A DNA stretch of 40,971 nucleotides. It comes from Luminiphilus sp. (GTDB lineage: Bacteria; Pseudomonadota; Gammaproteobacteria; Pseudomonadales; Halieaceae). Within the stretch, counting starts at the first letter, position 1, and each line of letters begins with the position of its first letter. The DNA lies in the NCBI GenBank assembly GCA_016778085.1, contig JADHQF010000001.1, positions 1-40,971 of the forward strand. The letters run 5' to 3'. The notes under the pieces were generated by a model. The model was not told the origin of the DNA, made no database searches, and worked only from the letters and a program-made list of their open reading frames with translations. Positions 9,668 through 20,036 of the stretch are shown here, piece after piece. The position numbers were made by a program, and so were the translations under genes.

Positions 9668-10702
9668 ATGATGAAGCCAGTGAATGTGGCAGTGGTGGGC
9701 GCAACGGGTGCGGTCGGCGAGGTAATGATTGAGATCCTTGAGTCGCGCGGGTTTCCGGTCGACACCCTGTATCCACTGGCCTCCAGCCGATCAGCCGGCA
9801 AGTCGGTGCAGTTCCGCGGCAAGCATCACACGGTGCAGGATCTGAGTACCTTTGATTTTTCCCAGACACCGATAGGGTTATTTTCGGCCGGTGGCGATAT
9901 CAGTGCCGAATATGCGCCGATTGCGGCCTCTGCGGGATGCGTCGTGATCGACAATACCTCGCATTTTCGTCGCGATGAAGACATCCCTCTCGTGATCCCT
10001 GAAGTGAATCCAGAGGCCATCGCGGGCTATCGGTCGAGGGGCATCATCGCCAATCCGAATTGCTCAACTATTGGCATGTTGGTGGCGCTGAAGCCACTTT
10101 ATGATGCGGTCGGCATTGCGCGAATCAACGTGGCGACGTATCAGGCGGTCAGCGGCACCGGTAAGGCGGCGATTGAGGAATTGGCGGGGCAGACTGCGCG
10201 TTTACTGAACGGACAAGCGCCAGAGCCAGAAGTTTATCCAAAGCAGATTGCATTTAATGCGATACCCCACATCGACAACTTTCAGGACAACGGCTATACC
10301 CGCGAAGAAATGAAGATGGTCTGGGAAACGCAAAAGATTCTGGGGGACCCCAACATTCTTGTGAATCCGACCTGTGTGAGGGTGCCGGTCTTCTACGGTC
10401 ATGCAGAAGCTGTCCACATCGAGACCCGAGAGCCCATTTCAGCGGAGCGAGCGAGAGAGGTATTGGAGGGCGCGGCTGGGGTTGCGCTACTGGATCGTCA
10501 CGAAGCCGGTGGCTATCCGACCCCGGTCACTGAGGCAGCGGGAGCCGATCCGGTATTTGTGGGCAGGGTTCGTGAGGATATTTCACATCCAAGAGGCTTG
10601 AATCTTTGGGTGGTGGCTGACAACGTACGTAAGGGAGCTGCCCTGAACAGCGTGCAGATCGCAGAGGTCTTGCTGTCCGAGTATCTCCAGAGCGTTTCGT
10701 AA
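9668..10702 (+). CDS. asd: Aspartate-semialdehyde dehydrogenase
   Basis: VVGATGAVG, ANPNCST, CVRVPVFYGH, DNVRKGAALN; start trimmed to ATG 9668 (or 9671) after a GGGAG RBS. Confidence 0.96.
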   Translation: MMKPVNVAVVGATGAVGEVMIEILESRGFPVDTLYPLASSRSAGKSVQFRGKHHTVQDLSTFDFSQTPIGLFSAGGDISAEYAPIAASAGCVVIDNTSHFRRDEDIPLVIPEVNPEAIAGYRSRGIIANPNCSTIGMLVALKPLYDAVGIARINVATYQAVSGTGKAAIEELAGQTARLLNGQAPEPEVYPKQIAFNAIPHIDNFQDNGYTREEMKMVWETQKILGDPNILVNPTCVRVPVFYGHAEAVHIETREPISAERAREVLEGAAGVALLDRHEAGGYPTPVTEAAGADPVFVGRVREDISHPRGLNLWVVADNVRKGAALNSVQIAEVLLSEYLQSVS

Positions 10703-10788
10703 AGTTGGGACCTTTTATATTTGGCGCCAAGGAATGGCGGCAGGGCCCAGTGAAAGCCAAACCAAAGGAAGGTAAAGGCGACGAGTCC

Positions 10789-13044
10789 ATGAAAAGAATT
10801 TCAATCGTATCCGCTGCTGTGTTGTCCTCGGCGACCATATCCGGTGACGGCTGGGCCCTAGGGCTAGGAGAGCTCACACTTTATTCCTATCTCAATGAGC
10901 CATTCCGCGCCGAAGTGTCGCTGCTTGAGGCCGATTCACTCAATGACAATGACGTGCATGTCGATCTGGCCTCTGACGCCGAGTTCGAGAGGCTGGGAGT
11001 GTCACGAGACTTCTTCCTGACCCGCATTAATTTTCAGGTGGAGTCAGATGAGTCAGGGCGTCGGGTGGTGCTGACGACAGAGGCACCGTTGCGGGAGCCT
11101 TACCTTGATTTTGTTGTCGAGGCGCGGTGGCCCGACGGGCGTCTTTTGCGCGAATATACCGTGTTGATCGATTTGCCGCCGAGGCCGGCGGTGCTGGAGC
11201 TTCAGGATGCGCCGATCGAAAGAGCGGCGCAGCCCGACAATCAGGCAGTGGTCTCGGGTGCAGAGATAGCAAGCTTCGATGCCGGTGGTTATGCGACTGG
11301 CGCGTCGGTGAGACCCGTTCCGGGCACTCAATACCTTGTAGTGAAAACTGACACTTTGTGGCGCATCGCTTCTGATGGCGCTGCGGCGGGCGTCTCGGTA
11401 GAGCAGACCATGCTGGAGATCTTGGCGGCGAACCCGACTGCTTTTCAGGCTGGCAACATTAACGGCTTGAAGTCTGGTTACGTGCTGCAGATTCCAGCCG
11501 CCGGGGATATTCGGATCGATCTCGCCACCGCGCTTGAAGAGGTGGCCCTGCAGAATGAGGAATGGGCAGAGGGTGTTGCTCGCGAGTCGCAGGGCCTGAC
11601 GCTGGTGGCCGATGCTGAAACGAAGACCGTGGAAGCTTCCGAGCCGGCGGTGGGGCAGTCAGACAAACCTTCTGATACCGCCATGTTGGCTGGAGGCGAA
11701 ACGGAGCCCGGTGACGAAGCGCCTTTGGATGTGCCAGGCGCTTCGCTTGGGCGAGAGTTAGAGGCGCTGATTGCGACGGTGAGTCGACTGCAGGAAAGCG
11801 TGAACGGTCTTGAGACGCAGCTTGCCGAGCGCGACGCAGAACTGGCCTCACTCAGGTCAGCGCTTTCTCAGCAACAGATAGCCATCCCTGTTCCTGTTGC
11901 GGTGGAAACGTCATCTGCCTCCGCCGGGCAGCCGAATAGCGTGGCACAACCACTGCCGCTGTGGCCCTTTCTGGCTGGAATCGCGACATTATTAATCGGC
12001 GGTGGGCTCTTGATATGGCGACGCACCGGGCGAAATACTGAGTCTGAATCTATCGACCATGCCGATTTGAAAGACAGTCTCCCTGCTGAGGAGATTGATG
12101 AGATGAGTAGCCCCTCGCGGTTGTCTGATCCACAGATCATGGTGTCGAAGGTGGTCGAGGAGGCCCAGACATACATTGCCTATGGTCGCACTGACCAGGC
12201 GGTGGAGGTACTGGTTGACGCGCTGGCAGAGGGATTAACCTCGGCTTCGCTAAACATGTGCCTGCTTGAGTGTTACGTGGAGCTGGAGCAGTTCGCTGAA
12301 GCGGGTGCGCTGTTAGGGCGGCTGGAGCAGGGAGATAGCCCCGAATTGCTCGAGCGGGCCCGGCAGATACTACTAGATGGGGGCATGACACTTACCTCGC
12401 CTTCGGGAGATACCGTCGCTCAGCGCAGCGAGGAGCGCGCAGAGGAATCGGAGGAGGCGTCAGTCCTGAGTGAGCTGTCTTTCTCCGCAGAACCCGCTTT
12501 TGCGCTCAACGATGCCCAAAATACGGAGGATGCGTCCGAAGTTGAATCGGTTGATGTCGTTGAAGAGGTGCCGCTGCTCGACGCTGCGCCGTCTGCATTC
12601 GAGGATCCGCTGGTACCTGAAAAATCTGAGGCGGGGCAGGCGGCATCTTTGTCTTCGATTGAAGATGAGCAAGGTCTGCAGCTGGCACCCCTCGAGGGTG
12701 TAGTCGGTGACCGCAATCCGGAGACAGGTGCCGACAGTGCTAAATCGGACGAAACAAGGGCTTACGCTTCGTTGCCCCCCGACACATCAGGTCTCGACCT
12801 TAGTCCGCTCGATGCTGGCGTCGATGCTGCAGAGATACCGACAGCAGAGAGTTTTGATTCGGATGAGTCTATCCATGGGGTTGAGACCAATCCCGTGGAT
12901 AGCAAGCTGGATCTCGCCCGCGCATACCTCGATATGGGCGACGAGGATGGCGCGCGTCCTGTATTGATGGAGGTCATCAAGGAGGGAGACCTGCCGCAGC
13001 AGGCGGAAGCTCGCGAGCTGCTATTGCGGTTAGAGGCGTCCTGA
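10789..13044 (+). CDS. fimV: FimV/HubP polar landmark protein
   Basis: Signal peptide then ALGLGEL..SYLNEPFRAE, LysM-like DTLWRIA..NP.AF..GNIN.LK.G..L.IP, coiled coil, TM helix, acidic tail and C-terminal KLDLARAYLDMGD; asd-fimV-truA synteny. Start trimmed to ATG 10789. Confidence 0.93.
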   Translation: MKRISIVSAAVLSSATISGDGWALGLGELTLYSYLNEPFRAEVSLLEADSLNDNDVHVDLASDAEFERLGVSRDFFLTRINFQVESDESGRRVVLTTEAPLREPYLDFVVEARWPDGRLLREYTVLIDLPPRPAVLELQDAPIERAAQPDNQAVVSGAEIASFDAGGYATGASVRPVPGTQYLVVKTDTLWRIASDGAAAGVSVEQTMLEILAANPTAFQAGNINGLKSGYVLQIPAAGDIRIDLATALEEVALQNEEWAEGVARESQGLTLVADAETKTVEASEPAVGQSDKPSDTAMLAGGETEPGDEAPLDVPGASLGRELEALIATVSRLQESVNGLETQLAERDAELASLRSALSQQQIAIPVPVAVETSSASAGQPNSVAQPLPLWPFLAGIATLLIGGGLLIWRRTGRNTESESIDHADLKDSLPAEEIDEMSSPSRLSDPQIMVSKVVEEAQTYIAYGRTDQAVEVLVDALAEGLTSASLNMCLLECYVELEQFAEAGALLGRLEQGDSPELLERARQILLDGGMTLTSPSGDTVAQRSEERAEESEEASVLSELSFSAEPAFALNDAQNTEDASEVESVDVVEEVPLLDAAPSAFEDPLVPEKSEAGQAASLSSIEDEQGLQLAPLEGVVGDRNPETGADSAKSDETRAYASLPPDTSGLDLSPLDAGVDAAEIPTAESFDSDESIHGVETNPVDSKLDLARAYLDMGDEDGARPVLMEVIKEGDLPQQAEARELLLRLEAS

Positions 13045-13048
13045 GTCC

Positions 13049-13879
13049 TTGAGCCTGTCGGATTCGCCATTGTCTCCGGGCGCTCGCGTCGCGGCCCGTA
13101 TTGAGTACCACGGCGGCCATTATCATGGCTGGCAGGCGCAACCCCAACTGAGTGTCCCTACGGCGCAGGAGTCGCTGGAGTCCTCTCTTCAAGAGATAGC
13201 CGGGCAAAAAGTGAGGACGACTTGTGCCGGTCGCACCGACACGGGGGTGCATGGTTTTGCCCAGGTGGTCCATTTTGATGACCCCGTCGGCAGGAGCCTC
13301 AAGGCATGGGTCATGGGGACAAACCGGTACCTGCCAGTAGATATAAGAGTCCATTGGGCCCAGGAAGTCAGTGACGCATTTCACGCGCGCTTCAGTGCCA
13401 CGGCGCGACGATATCGTTACATCATCTGCAATACCCCGACCCGACCAGCGCTGCTTCACAACTTAGTGACTTGGTACCGCCATGCACTTGATGTCGAGCT
13501 CATGAATGATGCCGCTGAGACCTTGCTGGGCGAGCACGATTTTAGCGCCTTTCGGGCGGCGAGCTGTCAGGCATCCTCACCTAATCGATGCGTCACGGCC
13601 TGCACTGTTATCAGACAAGGTGACTATGTTGTCGTAGACATCACGGCTAACGCTTTTTTACACCATATGGTGCGCAATATTGTCGGCTCTCTATTGGCCG
13701 TAGGTTCCAGGTCGTCATCTGTCAAGTGGTTCGAGACGGTGTTGCAGAATCGAGATCGTACCCAGGCTGCTGACACCGCTCCCGCTGAGGGTCTGTACCT
13801 CGTCGATGTGATCTATCCTGACGCTTTCGCACTGCCGAAAACGCCAGAAGGGCCCACTCTTCTTCAAGGACGCCTGTAA
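13049..13879 (+). CDS. truA: tRNA pseudouridine(38-40) synthase
   Basis: YHGWQ, AGRTDTGVH, FHARFSA, ANAFLHHMVRNIVG; TTG start. Confidence 0.97.
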   Translation: MSLSDSPLSPGARVAARIEYHGGHYHGWQAQPQLSVPTAQESLESSLQEIAGQKVRTTCAGRTDTGVHGFAQVVHFDDPVGRSLKAWVMGTNRYLPVDIRVHWAQEVSDAFHARFSATARRYRYIICNTPTRPALLHNLVTWYRHALDVELMNDAAETLLGEHDFSAFRAASCQASSPNRCVTACTVIRQGDYVVVDITANAFLHHMVRNIVGSLLAVGSRSSSVKWFETVLQNRDRTQAADTAPAEGLYLVDVIYPDAFALPKTPEGPTLLQGRL

Positions 13880-13891
13880 GCCACCTGATAC

Positions 13892-13900
13892 TGCTAGAAT
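13892..13900 (+). promoter_or_regulatory. Internal extended -10 promoter for trpF-trpB-trpA
   Basis: TGcTAGAAT in the truA-trpF gap, 25 nt before the GTG start. Confidence 0.5.
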
Positions 13901-13925
13901 AGGGGTTTCAAGACAGGGGCAGGCC

Positions 13926-14555
13926 GTGCGCATCAAGATCTGCGGCATCACGAGGCCCGAGGACGCTGATCAAGCTTTGGTACTCGGCGCTGATACCGTT
14001 GGCTGCGTGTTTCATGCTGCAAGCGCTCGTCATGTGACGGCGAAGAGAGCACGGGATATCCATGCAGTCGTTCATGGTTCGGGCACGCTGGTTGGACTGT
14101 TTGTCGATCCGACTGTCGAGCAGGTGCAGGCGGTGCTTGATCAGGTTGAGTTGGATGTATTGCAGTTCCATGGGCAGGAAAGTCCGGCATTTTGTGAGCA
14201 TTTTCAGCGTCCCTACCTGAAAGCGGTAGCGATGTCGGCTGATGTGGATCTGTCGGAGATTAGTCATGCTTATGGTTCTGCTCGTGGGTTGCTACTGGAC
14301 AGCGCACACGATGGTCAGTTCGGTGGCACGGGTCACCGTTTTGATTGGAAATGGATTGATGCGGGCCTCGAGAAAAGGCTGATGCTAGCCGGTGGGCTGA
14401 ATGCTGAAAATGTTGCCGCCGCAATTCGTCAGGTGCGACCTGCAGCGGTCGATGTCAGCAGCGGTGTCGAGAAAGACAAGGGCGTTAAGGACAGAGATCG
14501 GATGAGGGCTTTCATTGAAGCCGCTTTGCCGGAGATGAACGAAGGTGGATTATGA
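13926..14555 (+). CDS. trpF: Phosphoribosylanthranilate isomerase
   Basis: [42 protein letters not shown]. Confidence 0.97.
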   Translation: MRIKICGITRPEDADQALVLGADTVGCVFHAASARHVTAKRARDIHAVVHGSGTLVGLFVDPTVEQVQAVLDQVELDVLQFHGQESPAFCEHFQRPYLKAVAMSADVDLSEISHAYGSARGLLLDSAHDGQFGGTGHRFDWKWIDAGLEKRLMLAGGLNAENVAAAIRQVRPAAVDVSSGVEKDKGVKDRDRMRAFIEAALPEMNEGGL

Positions 14556-15772
14556 CCAGTGAAGTTACTCCTGAATTATTTGCGTCAGTGCCAGATCAGG
14601 ATGGCCGGTTCGGTCGTTTTGGGGGCAAGTTTGTTGCCGAGACTCTGATGTCGGCGCTGGCCGATCTCGAGCAGCTGTACGCGCGCCTCAAAGACGATGC
14701 AGCCTTCCAGCGAGAGTTTGACGAGGACCTCGCCCATTATGTCGGTCGCCCTTCGCCATTATATGAGGCGGCCCGGCTATCCGATGCTATTGGCGGCGCG
14801 AGGATCCTGCTTAAGCGCGAGGATTTGAACCACACCGGTGCGCACAAGGTGAACAACACGATTGGGCAGGCACTCCTAGCCAAACATATGGGCAAGAAGA
14901 GAGTGATCGCTGAGACCGGGGCGGGCCAGCATGGCGTGGCTAGTGCGACGGTTGCGGCAAGACTCGGGCTAGAGTGCCACGTATTCATGGGCGAGGAAGA
15001 TATTCGGAGGCAAGCGCTCAATGTGTATCGAATGAAGCTGTTGGGTGCGCAAGTTGTCTCCGTGACCTCGGGTTCACGTACATTGAAAGACGCCATGAAT
15101 GAAGCCATGCGCGACTGGGTCACGAATGTGGAGGATACCTTTTACATCATTGGGACTGTCGCAGGTCCTCATCCTTATCCCATGCTCGTGCGGGACTTTC
15201 AGAGCGTCATAGGTCGTGAGGCGCGTGCGCAGAGTCTGTCTCAGTACGGTAAGTTGCCGGACGCGCTGGTGGCCTGTGTAGGTGGCGGCTCCAACGCAAT
15301 CGGACTGTTTCACCCGTTTCTGCAGGATGAGAGCGTTGTGATGTATGGCGTTGAGGCGGGCGGCAAGGGCTTAGAGACCGGTGAGCACGCAGCCCCGCTC
15401 TCCGTCGGCAGTCCCGGCGTACTGCACGGTAACCGTACCTATCTCATGCAGGACGATAACGGGCAGATCCTTGAGACTCACTCGGTATCTGCTGGGCTCG
15501 ATTATCCCGGCGTGGGGCCTGAACATGCCTGGCTTAAGGATATAGGTCGCGTTCAGTATGTGGCTGCTAACGACGATGAGGCGCTGGCAGCCTTTCATCG
15601 ACTGACGCGTGTCGAGGGCATTATGCCCGCATTGGAGACGGCGCATGCGATGGCTCATGCCGAGAAGCTCGCCGCTAGCATGTCGCCGGAGCAACATATT
15701 GTGGTGAATCTGTCCGGACGAGGCGACAAGGACATCCTGACGGTAGCCGACCTCGACGGCATCAAGGTCTAA
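14552..15772 (+). CDS. trpB: Tryptophan synthase beta chain
   Basis: [15 protein letters not shown] (PLP lysine), [38 protein letters not shown]. Confidence 0.98.
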   Translation: MTSEVTPELFASVPDQDGRFGRFGGKFVAETLMSALADLEQLYARLKDDAAFQREFDEDLAHYVGRPSPLYEAARLSDAIGGARILLKREDLNHTGAHKVNNTIGQALLAKHMGKKRVIAETGAGQHGVASATVAARLGLECHVFMGEEDIRRQALNVYRMKLLGAQVVSVTSGSRTLKDAMNEAMRDWVTNVEDTFYIIGTVAGPHPYPMLVRDFQSVIGREARAQSLSQYGKLPDALVACVGGGSNAIGLFHPFLQDESVVMYGVEAGGKGLETGEHAAPLSVGSPGVLHGNRTYLMQDDNGQILETHSVSAGLDYPGVGPEHAWLKDIGRVQYVAANDDEALAAFHRLTRVEGIMPALETAHAMAHAEKLAASMSPEQHIVVNLSGRGDKDILTVADLDGIKV

Positions 15773-15780
15773 TTGTCGCC

Positions 15781-16608
15781 ATGAGTCGACTCTCTCAGGT
15801 CTTTGCGGATCTGCAAGCCGATAAGCGCAGAGGCTTGATCCCCTATGTTGTGGCGGGCGACCCCAGCGCAGAGGGCACGGTACCCTTAATGCACAGTCTG
15901 GTTGATGCCGGAGCAGATATTCTGGAGTTGGGGGTGCCATTTTCTGACCCGATGTCCGAGGGGCCGGTGATTCAAAAAGGTCATGAGCGTGCGCTGGCCA
16001 ACGGCATGAGCTTGCACCGGGTGCTCAGCATGGTGGCAGAGTTCAGGAAAGACAATGATCGGACACCCATCGTAATGATGGGCTACACGAACCCGATCGA
16101 GCGCTTTGGCTATGAGGCATTTGCAGCAGCCAGTGCTGAGGCAGGGGTCGACGGCCTGATTACTGTTGACCTGCCCCCTGAGGAGGTAGACACGATCGAC
16201 GGCGCTCTGAAGGATGTCGGTCTCGATAATATTTTTTTGATTTCGCCGACCACGCCCGAGCCCCGTGTGCAAAGAATTGTTGAGCGGGCACGCGGGTTCA
16301 TCTACTACGTCGCGGTAAAGGGCGTGACCGGTTCGGGGGAGTTGGACACCGATGAAGTGGCGCGCAATGTTGCCCTGATCCGAGAGAAAACGTCTCTTCC
16401 TATTGCAGTTGGCTTTGGCATCAAAAACGCGGCCAGCGCGAGTGCGGTGGCGGCTTCTGCTGATGCAGTGGTCGTCGGCAGTGCATTAATTGCTGAAATG
16501 GAGCAAAAAGCCCGCTCTGCCGAGGGTTTGGAAGAGATCCAGATCCACAGCGCCGCGGTAAAATTGCTACAAAGTATCCGTGTGGGTGTGGACTCTTCAC
16601 CTTCATAG
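15781..16608 (+). CDS. trpA: Tryptophan synthase alpha chain
   Basis: LELGVPFSDPMSEGPVIQ, MGYTNP, VDLPPEE, GVTG, VGFGIK, VVVGSA. Confidence 0.98.
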   Translation: MSRLSQVFADLQADKRRGLIPYVVAGDPSAEGTVPLMHSLVDAGADILELGVPFSDPMSEGPVIQKGHERALANGMSLHRVLSMVAEFRKDNDRTPIVMMGYTNPIERFGYEAFAAASAEAGVDGLITVDLPPEEVDTIDGALKDVGLDNIFLISPTTPEPRVQRIVERARGFIYYVAVKGVTGSGELDTDEVARNVALIREKTSLPIAVGFGIKNAASASAVAASADAVVVGSALIAEMEQKARSAEGLEEIQIHSAAVKLLQSIRVGVDSSPS

Positions 16609-16630
16609 AGAAACCGCACCCTCGTATACT
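16602..16630 (+). promoter_or_regulatory. Internal sigma70-type promoter for accD onward
   Basis: TTCATA (16602-16607)-N17-TATACT (16625-16630). Confidence 0.55.
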
Positions 16631-16656
16631 CTGCTGTTTCCGCGTTGGGGAATCCC

Positions 16657-17574
16657 ATGAGTTGGATTGACAAAATCCTGCCATCCGGCGTCAACAAAGA
16701 TGAGAGCGCAAATCGCACCAGCGTTCCAGAAGGGCTCTGGAAAAAATGCGTGAAATGCGACGCGATCCTCTATAAGCCCGATCTGGAAAGAAATGCCGAG
16801 GTGTGTCCAAAGTGTGACCACCACATGCGTATCGGTGCGCGCCGTCGCCTTGAACTGTGCCTCGACCGGGGCGCGACGGAGTTGTTTACCGATCTCGAGC
16901 CGGTGGATCACCTCAAGTTCAAAGATAAACGTAAATATCGCGATCGTTTGACTGCCGCTCAGCGCAGCACAGGTGAAAAAGACGCCTTGATTGCCATGCG
17001 AGGCAGTATTCTCGGAGTCGAGGCGGTAACGCTGGCATTTGAGTTCGATTTTCATGGTGGCTCAATGGGTTATGCCGTAGGCGAAAAGTTCACCCGTGCT
17101 GCAACAGTCGCGCTGGAGGAGGGCCTTCCCCTGATTTGCTTCTCGGCTTCGGGCGGTGCCCGAATGCAGGAGGCGTTGATTTCGCTGATGCAGATGGCGA
17201 AAACATCAGCGGTGATAGAGCGTCTGAAGGGGCAGGGTACGCCCTATATCTCAGTGCTGACTGACCCCATTTACGGAGGTGTCTCTGCGTCTTTGGCTCT
17301 GCTGGGAGATATCAACATCGCAGAGCCCGACGCGCGTGCCGGTTTCGCGGGCCCTAACATCATCGAGCAAACCATTCGCCAGAAACTCCCTAAGGGTTTC
17401 CAGCGCAGCGAGTTTTTGCTGGAGCATGGCGCGATCGACATGATTGTGCACCGCAATGACATGCGTGAAACCCTTGCCCGTGTGCTTGCCAAGCTCACCA
17501 ATCTCTCGCCCCCAGGGCAACCTGCGCCGGTGTTGGAAGGCGAGGTGATTGAGGCCGATGGGGGCGCTGCCTAG
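16657..17574 (+). CDS. accD: Acetyl-CoA carboxylase carboxyltransferase beta subunit
   Basis: [15 protein letters not shown] zinc ribbon, [29 protein letters not shown]; start trimmed to ATG 16657. Confidence 0.97.
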   Translation: MSWIDKILPSGVNKDESANRTSVPEGLWKKCVKCDAILYKPDLERNAEVCPKCDHHMRIGARRRLELCLDRGATELFTDLEPVDHLKFKDKRKYRDRLTAAQRSTGEKDALIAMRGSILGVEAVTLAFEFDFHGGSMGYAVGEKFTRAATVALEEGLPLICFSASGGARMQEALISLMQMAKTSAVIERLKGQGTPYISVLTDPIYGGVSASLALLGDINIAEPDARAGFAGPNIIEQTIRQKLPKGFQRSEFLLEHGAIDMIVHRNDMRETLARVLAKLTNLSPPGQPAPVLEGEVIEADGGAA

Positions 17575-17581
17575 CCTGAGC

Positions 17582-18841
17582 ATGGCCCCACTGTCGCTGA
17601 GCGAGTGGCTGGAACGTCTCGAATCACAGCACCCGGTAGAAATCGAGCTGGGGCTGGATCGAGTCTCTGATGTCGCCCAAAACCTAGGACTGCTTTCCTC
17701 ACCGCCGACAACGCTGACGGTCGCCGGGACAAACGGGAAGGGTAGCGTTGTGACTGTCTTGTCCGCCGCATTGGTGCATTCTGGCAAGCGGGTGGGCCGT
17801 TACACATCCCCCCATCTGAATCGTTTTAACGAGCGAATTTGTATCGACGACGTCGAGATCCAGGATGCTGAGCTTATCGCAGCGTTCGAGGCGATCGAGG
17901 ATGCTAGGGCAGCCATCAGCCTCACCTATTTCGAGGTCGCTACGCTCGCTGCCCTCTGGATTTTTCGAGAGCGGAATGTCGACGTTCAGCTGCTAGAAGT
18001 TGGACTGGGTGGGCGGCTCGATGCCGTGAATATTATCGACGCTGATCTGAGTGTCGTGACCAGCATTGGACTCGATCATACTGACTGGTTGGGGGATAGC
18101 CGGGAGCTGATTGCTATCGAAAAGGCAGGCGTGGCAAGACCGGGGCAACCCTGTGTTGTCGCTGATCCTGATCCGCCCAATTCTCTGATCTCGACGCTTG
18201 ATGCCCTCGGCGCTACAACTTTTTTGATAAATCGGGAATGGCGTGTTGTGGGGGGTGAGATGCAGACCTCATCCCATCGACGCTACCAGCTGCCCGACAA
18301 TACCGGGTTGCTGCCCGCGAATATGGGGGCGGCCATCCAAGCGCTGGAAGTCAGCGGTCTGGTGAAGGTAGATCAGTCCCTGGTCAACCACTTGGCGTCA
18401 GTGAGACTCACCGGGCGGCTCAGCAGAATCCAAACGGAGGACTTTGAGGTGGTGCTGGATGTGGCACACAACGTCGAGTCAGTCTCTCAGCTGGTGCAAT
18501 TTCTCAAAGATCACCCGGTGTCTGGTAAGACCGCCGCTGTGTTTGGTGTCATGGGGGATAAGCCCATTCATGATATGCTCATTTTGTGCGAATCGGCGTT
18601 TGATGAATGGCATCTTATTGATCTCTGTGACGTACCGAGAGCCATGTCCACCGATCGCTTAACGGAGTTTCTCAAGCCAATGGGCGCGCCGATTCACCAG
18701 GGAGCCTTCGCCGATTTATGGCAGTCACTGATGACGCGAGTCACGACCGGTGACCGGGTAGTGGTCTTTGGGTCGTTTTTCTCGGTGGGTGAGGCAACGG
18801 CGTATCTGGCGGCGCATCACTATGACGGGGAGCAGCACTAA
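17582..18841 (+). CDS. folC: Bifunctional folylpolyglutamate synthase/dihydrofolate synthase
   Basis: VAGTNGKGS, YTSPHL, LEVGLGGRLDAVN, GLDHTDWLG, LDVAHN, VFGSF; start trimmed to ATG 17582. Confidence 0.96.
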   Translation: MAPLSLSEWLERLESQHPVEIELGLDRVSDVAQNLGLLSSPPTTLTVAGTNGKGSVVTVLSAALVHSGKRVGRYTSPHLNRFNERICIDDVEIQDAELIAAFEAIEDARAAISLTYFEVATLAALWIFRERNVDVQLLEVGLGGRLDAVNIIDADLSVVTSIGLDHTDWLGDSRELIAIEKAGVARPGQPCVVADPDPPNSLISTLDALGATTFLINREWRVVGGEMQTSSHRRYQLPDNTGLLPANMGAAIQALEVSGLVKVDQSLVNHLASVRLTGRLSRIQTEDFEVVLDVAHNVESVSQLVQFLKDHPVSGKTAAVFGVMGDKPIHDMLILCESAFDEWHLIDLCDVPRAMSTDRLTEFLKPMGAPIHQGAFADLWQSLMTRVTTGDRVVVFGSFFSVGEATAYLAAHHYDGEQH

Positions 18842-19450
18842 GTGGATCCGTTATTCAGGCAACGGCTCGTTGGGACACTGGTATTAGTGGCGTTGGGGAT
18901 TGTTTTCTGGCCCTTGATCTTTGTGACGCCAGATACTCGAGAGCCTATTGTTCTGCAGCCGATGTCCCAGCGACCTGTCATTGATCAGACGCCGATTCCA
19001 GAACCTGAGAGCTTCGAGCCCTCAGTGGCCCCAAAGCTGCCGGATCCCTCTAAAAACCCATCGCAGGCGCAAGACGTCGCCGATATCCAAACCCAAACCG
19101 ACGCTGCGGCCGACTCCCTCGCCGATTTGCCAGACAGCAAATCGGTCGCCGCACCGCAACCCAGGCTGGCACCCCCGTCCGATGATGCAATCGTGGATGA
19201 TCAGGGGCTGGCGATCTTTTACGTTCTCCAGGTCGCGACGGTGGGGAGTGCGGTTCGCGCTGATGAGCTTGTGGAGGGTTTGCGGTCGCGGGGTTACAAG
19301 GCGTTCTCGAGTCGTTATGTCCGAGTGGATGATGAGCTGTTTCGCGTACAGATTGGACCGAATGCTGAAAGAGCGCGGCTGATGCGGCTCAAGCCCGACA
19401 TCGATGCCGTGCTCAAAGTTGACTCCCAGATTCTGAGGTACGAACAGTAA
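18842..19450 (+). CDS. dedD: SPOR-domain cell division protein (DedD-like)
   Basis: QRLVGTLVLVALGIVFWP membrane anchor, Pro-rich linker, C-terminal SPOR (LQVA..RVQIGP); folC-dedD-cvpA-purF synteny. Confidence 0.85.
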   Translation: MDPLFRQRLVGTLVLVALGIVFWPLIFVTPDTREPIVLQPMSQRPVIDQTPIPEPESFEPSVAPKLPDPSKNPSQAQDVADIQTQTDAAADSLADLPDSKSVAAPQPRLAPPSDDAIVDDQGLAIFYVLQVATVGSAVRADELVEGLRSRGYKAFSSRYVRVDDELFRVQIGPNAERARLMRLKPDIDAVLKVDSQILRYEQ

Positions 19451-19451
19451 C

Positions 19452-20021
19452 GTGGCGGAACTATTGGGTCAGCTTGGGTCAACGATCCGTAGCTTCAACC
19501 TGTTTGATTGGGTCATTGTGCTTGTCTGGTTGGTTTCCTCAGGCTACGGCATAGCAAGAGGTTTCGCGCGCGAGGCGCTTTCGATTATCGGTTGGGTTAG
19601 TGCATTCCTTCTCGCCAACGTGGTGGCTGACTCGGTCGCTGACTTGGCACGAAACCTGATCGACGAGCCGACCACCCGTTATCTGCTAGGGTGGGCGCTG
19701 ACGTTCATTGCTGTGCTGATGATGTTTGGCGTCATCGCCGCTTTTTTATCCAAGCAGATGCGACAACCGGGCTTTAATGTTGGTAATCGCTTATTGGGCG
19801 GTATTTTTGGCCTGCTTCGGGGGGTGATCATCGTGGCCGCAATCAGTATCCTGCTGCGCGCAGCCCTGCCTGATTCCGATGAGGACCTATTGGACGCGGC
19901 GGTGCTGATGGAGCCTGTAGAATGGGTCGCCGAGTGGATCGGCGCGAACTTTGACCGGGTCCTGGAGTCGGAGCCGACTGAGGCGGTGAAGGACACCATC
20001 GATTCGAGTGAAATGCTCTAA
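19452..20021 (+). CDS. cvpA: CvpA family membrane protein
   Basis: DW...RGFAREALS, NRLLGGIFGLLRG; lies directly upstream of purF. Confidence 0.92.
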   Translation: MAELLGQLGSTIRSFNLFDWVIVLVWLVSSGYGIARGFAREALSIIGWVSAFLLANVVADSVADLARNLIDEPTTRYLLGWALTFIAVLMMFGVIAAFLSKQMRQPGFNVGNRLLGGIFGLLRGVIIVAAISILLRAALPDSDEDLLDAAVLMEPVEWVAEWIGANFDRVLESEPTEAVKDTIDSSEML

Positions 20022-20036
20022 GGCCGGAGAGGCACT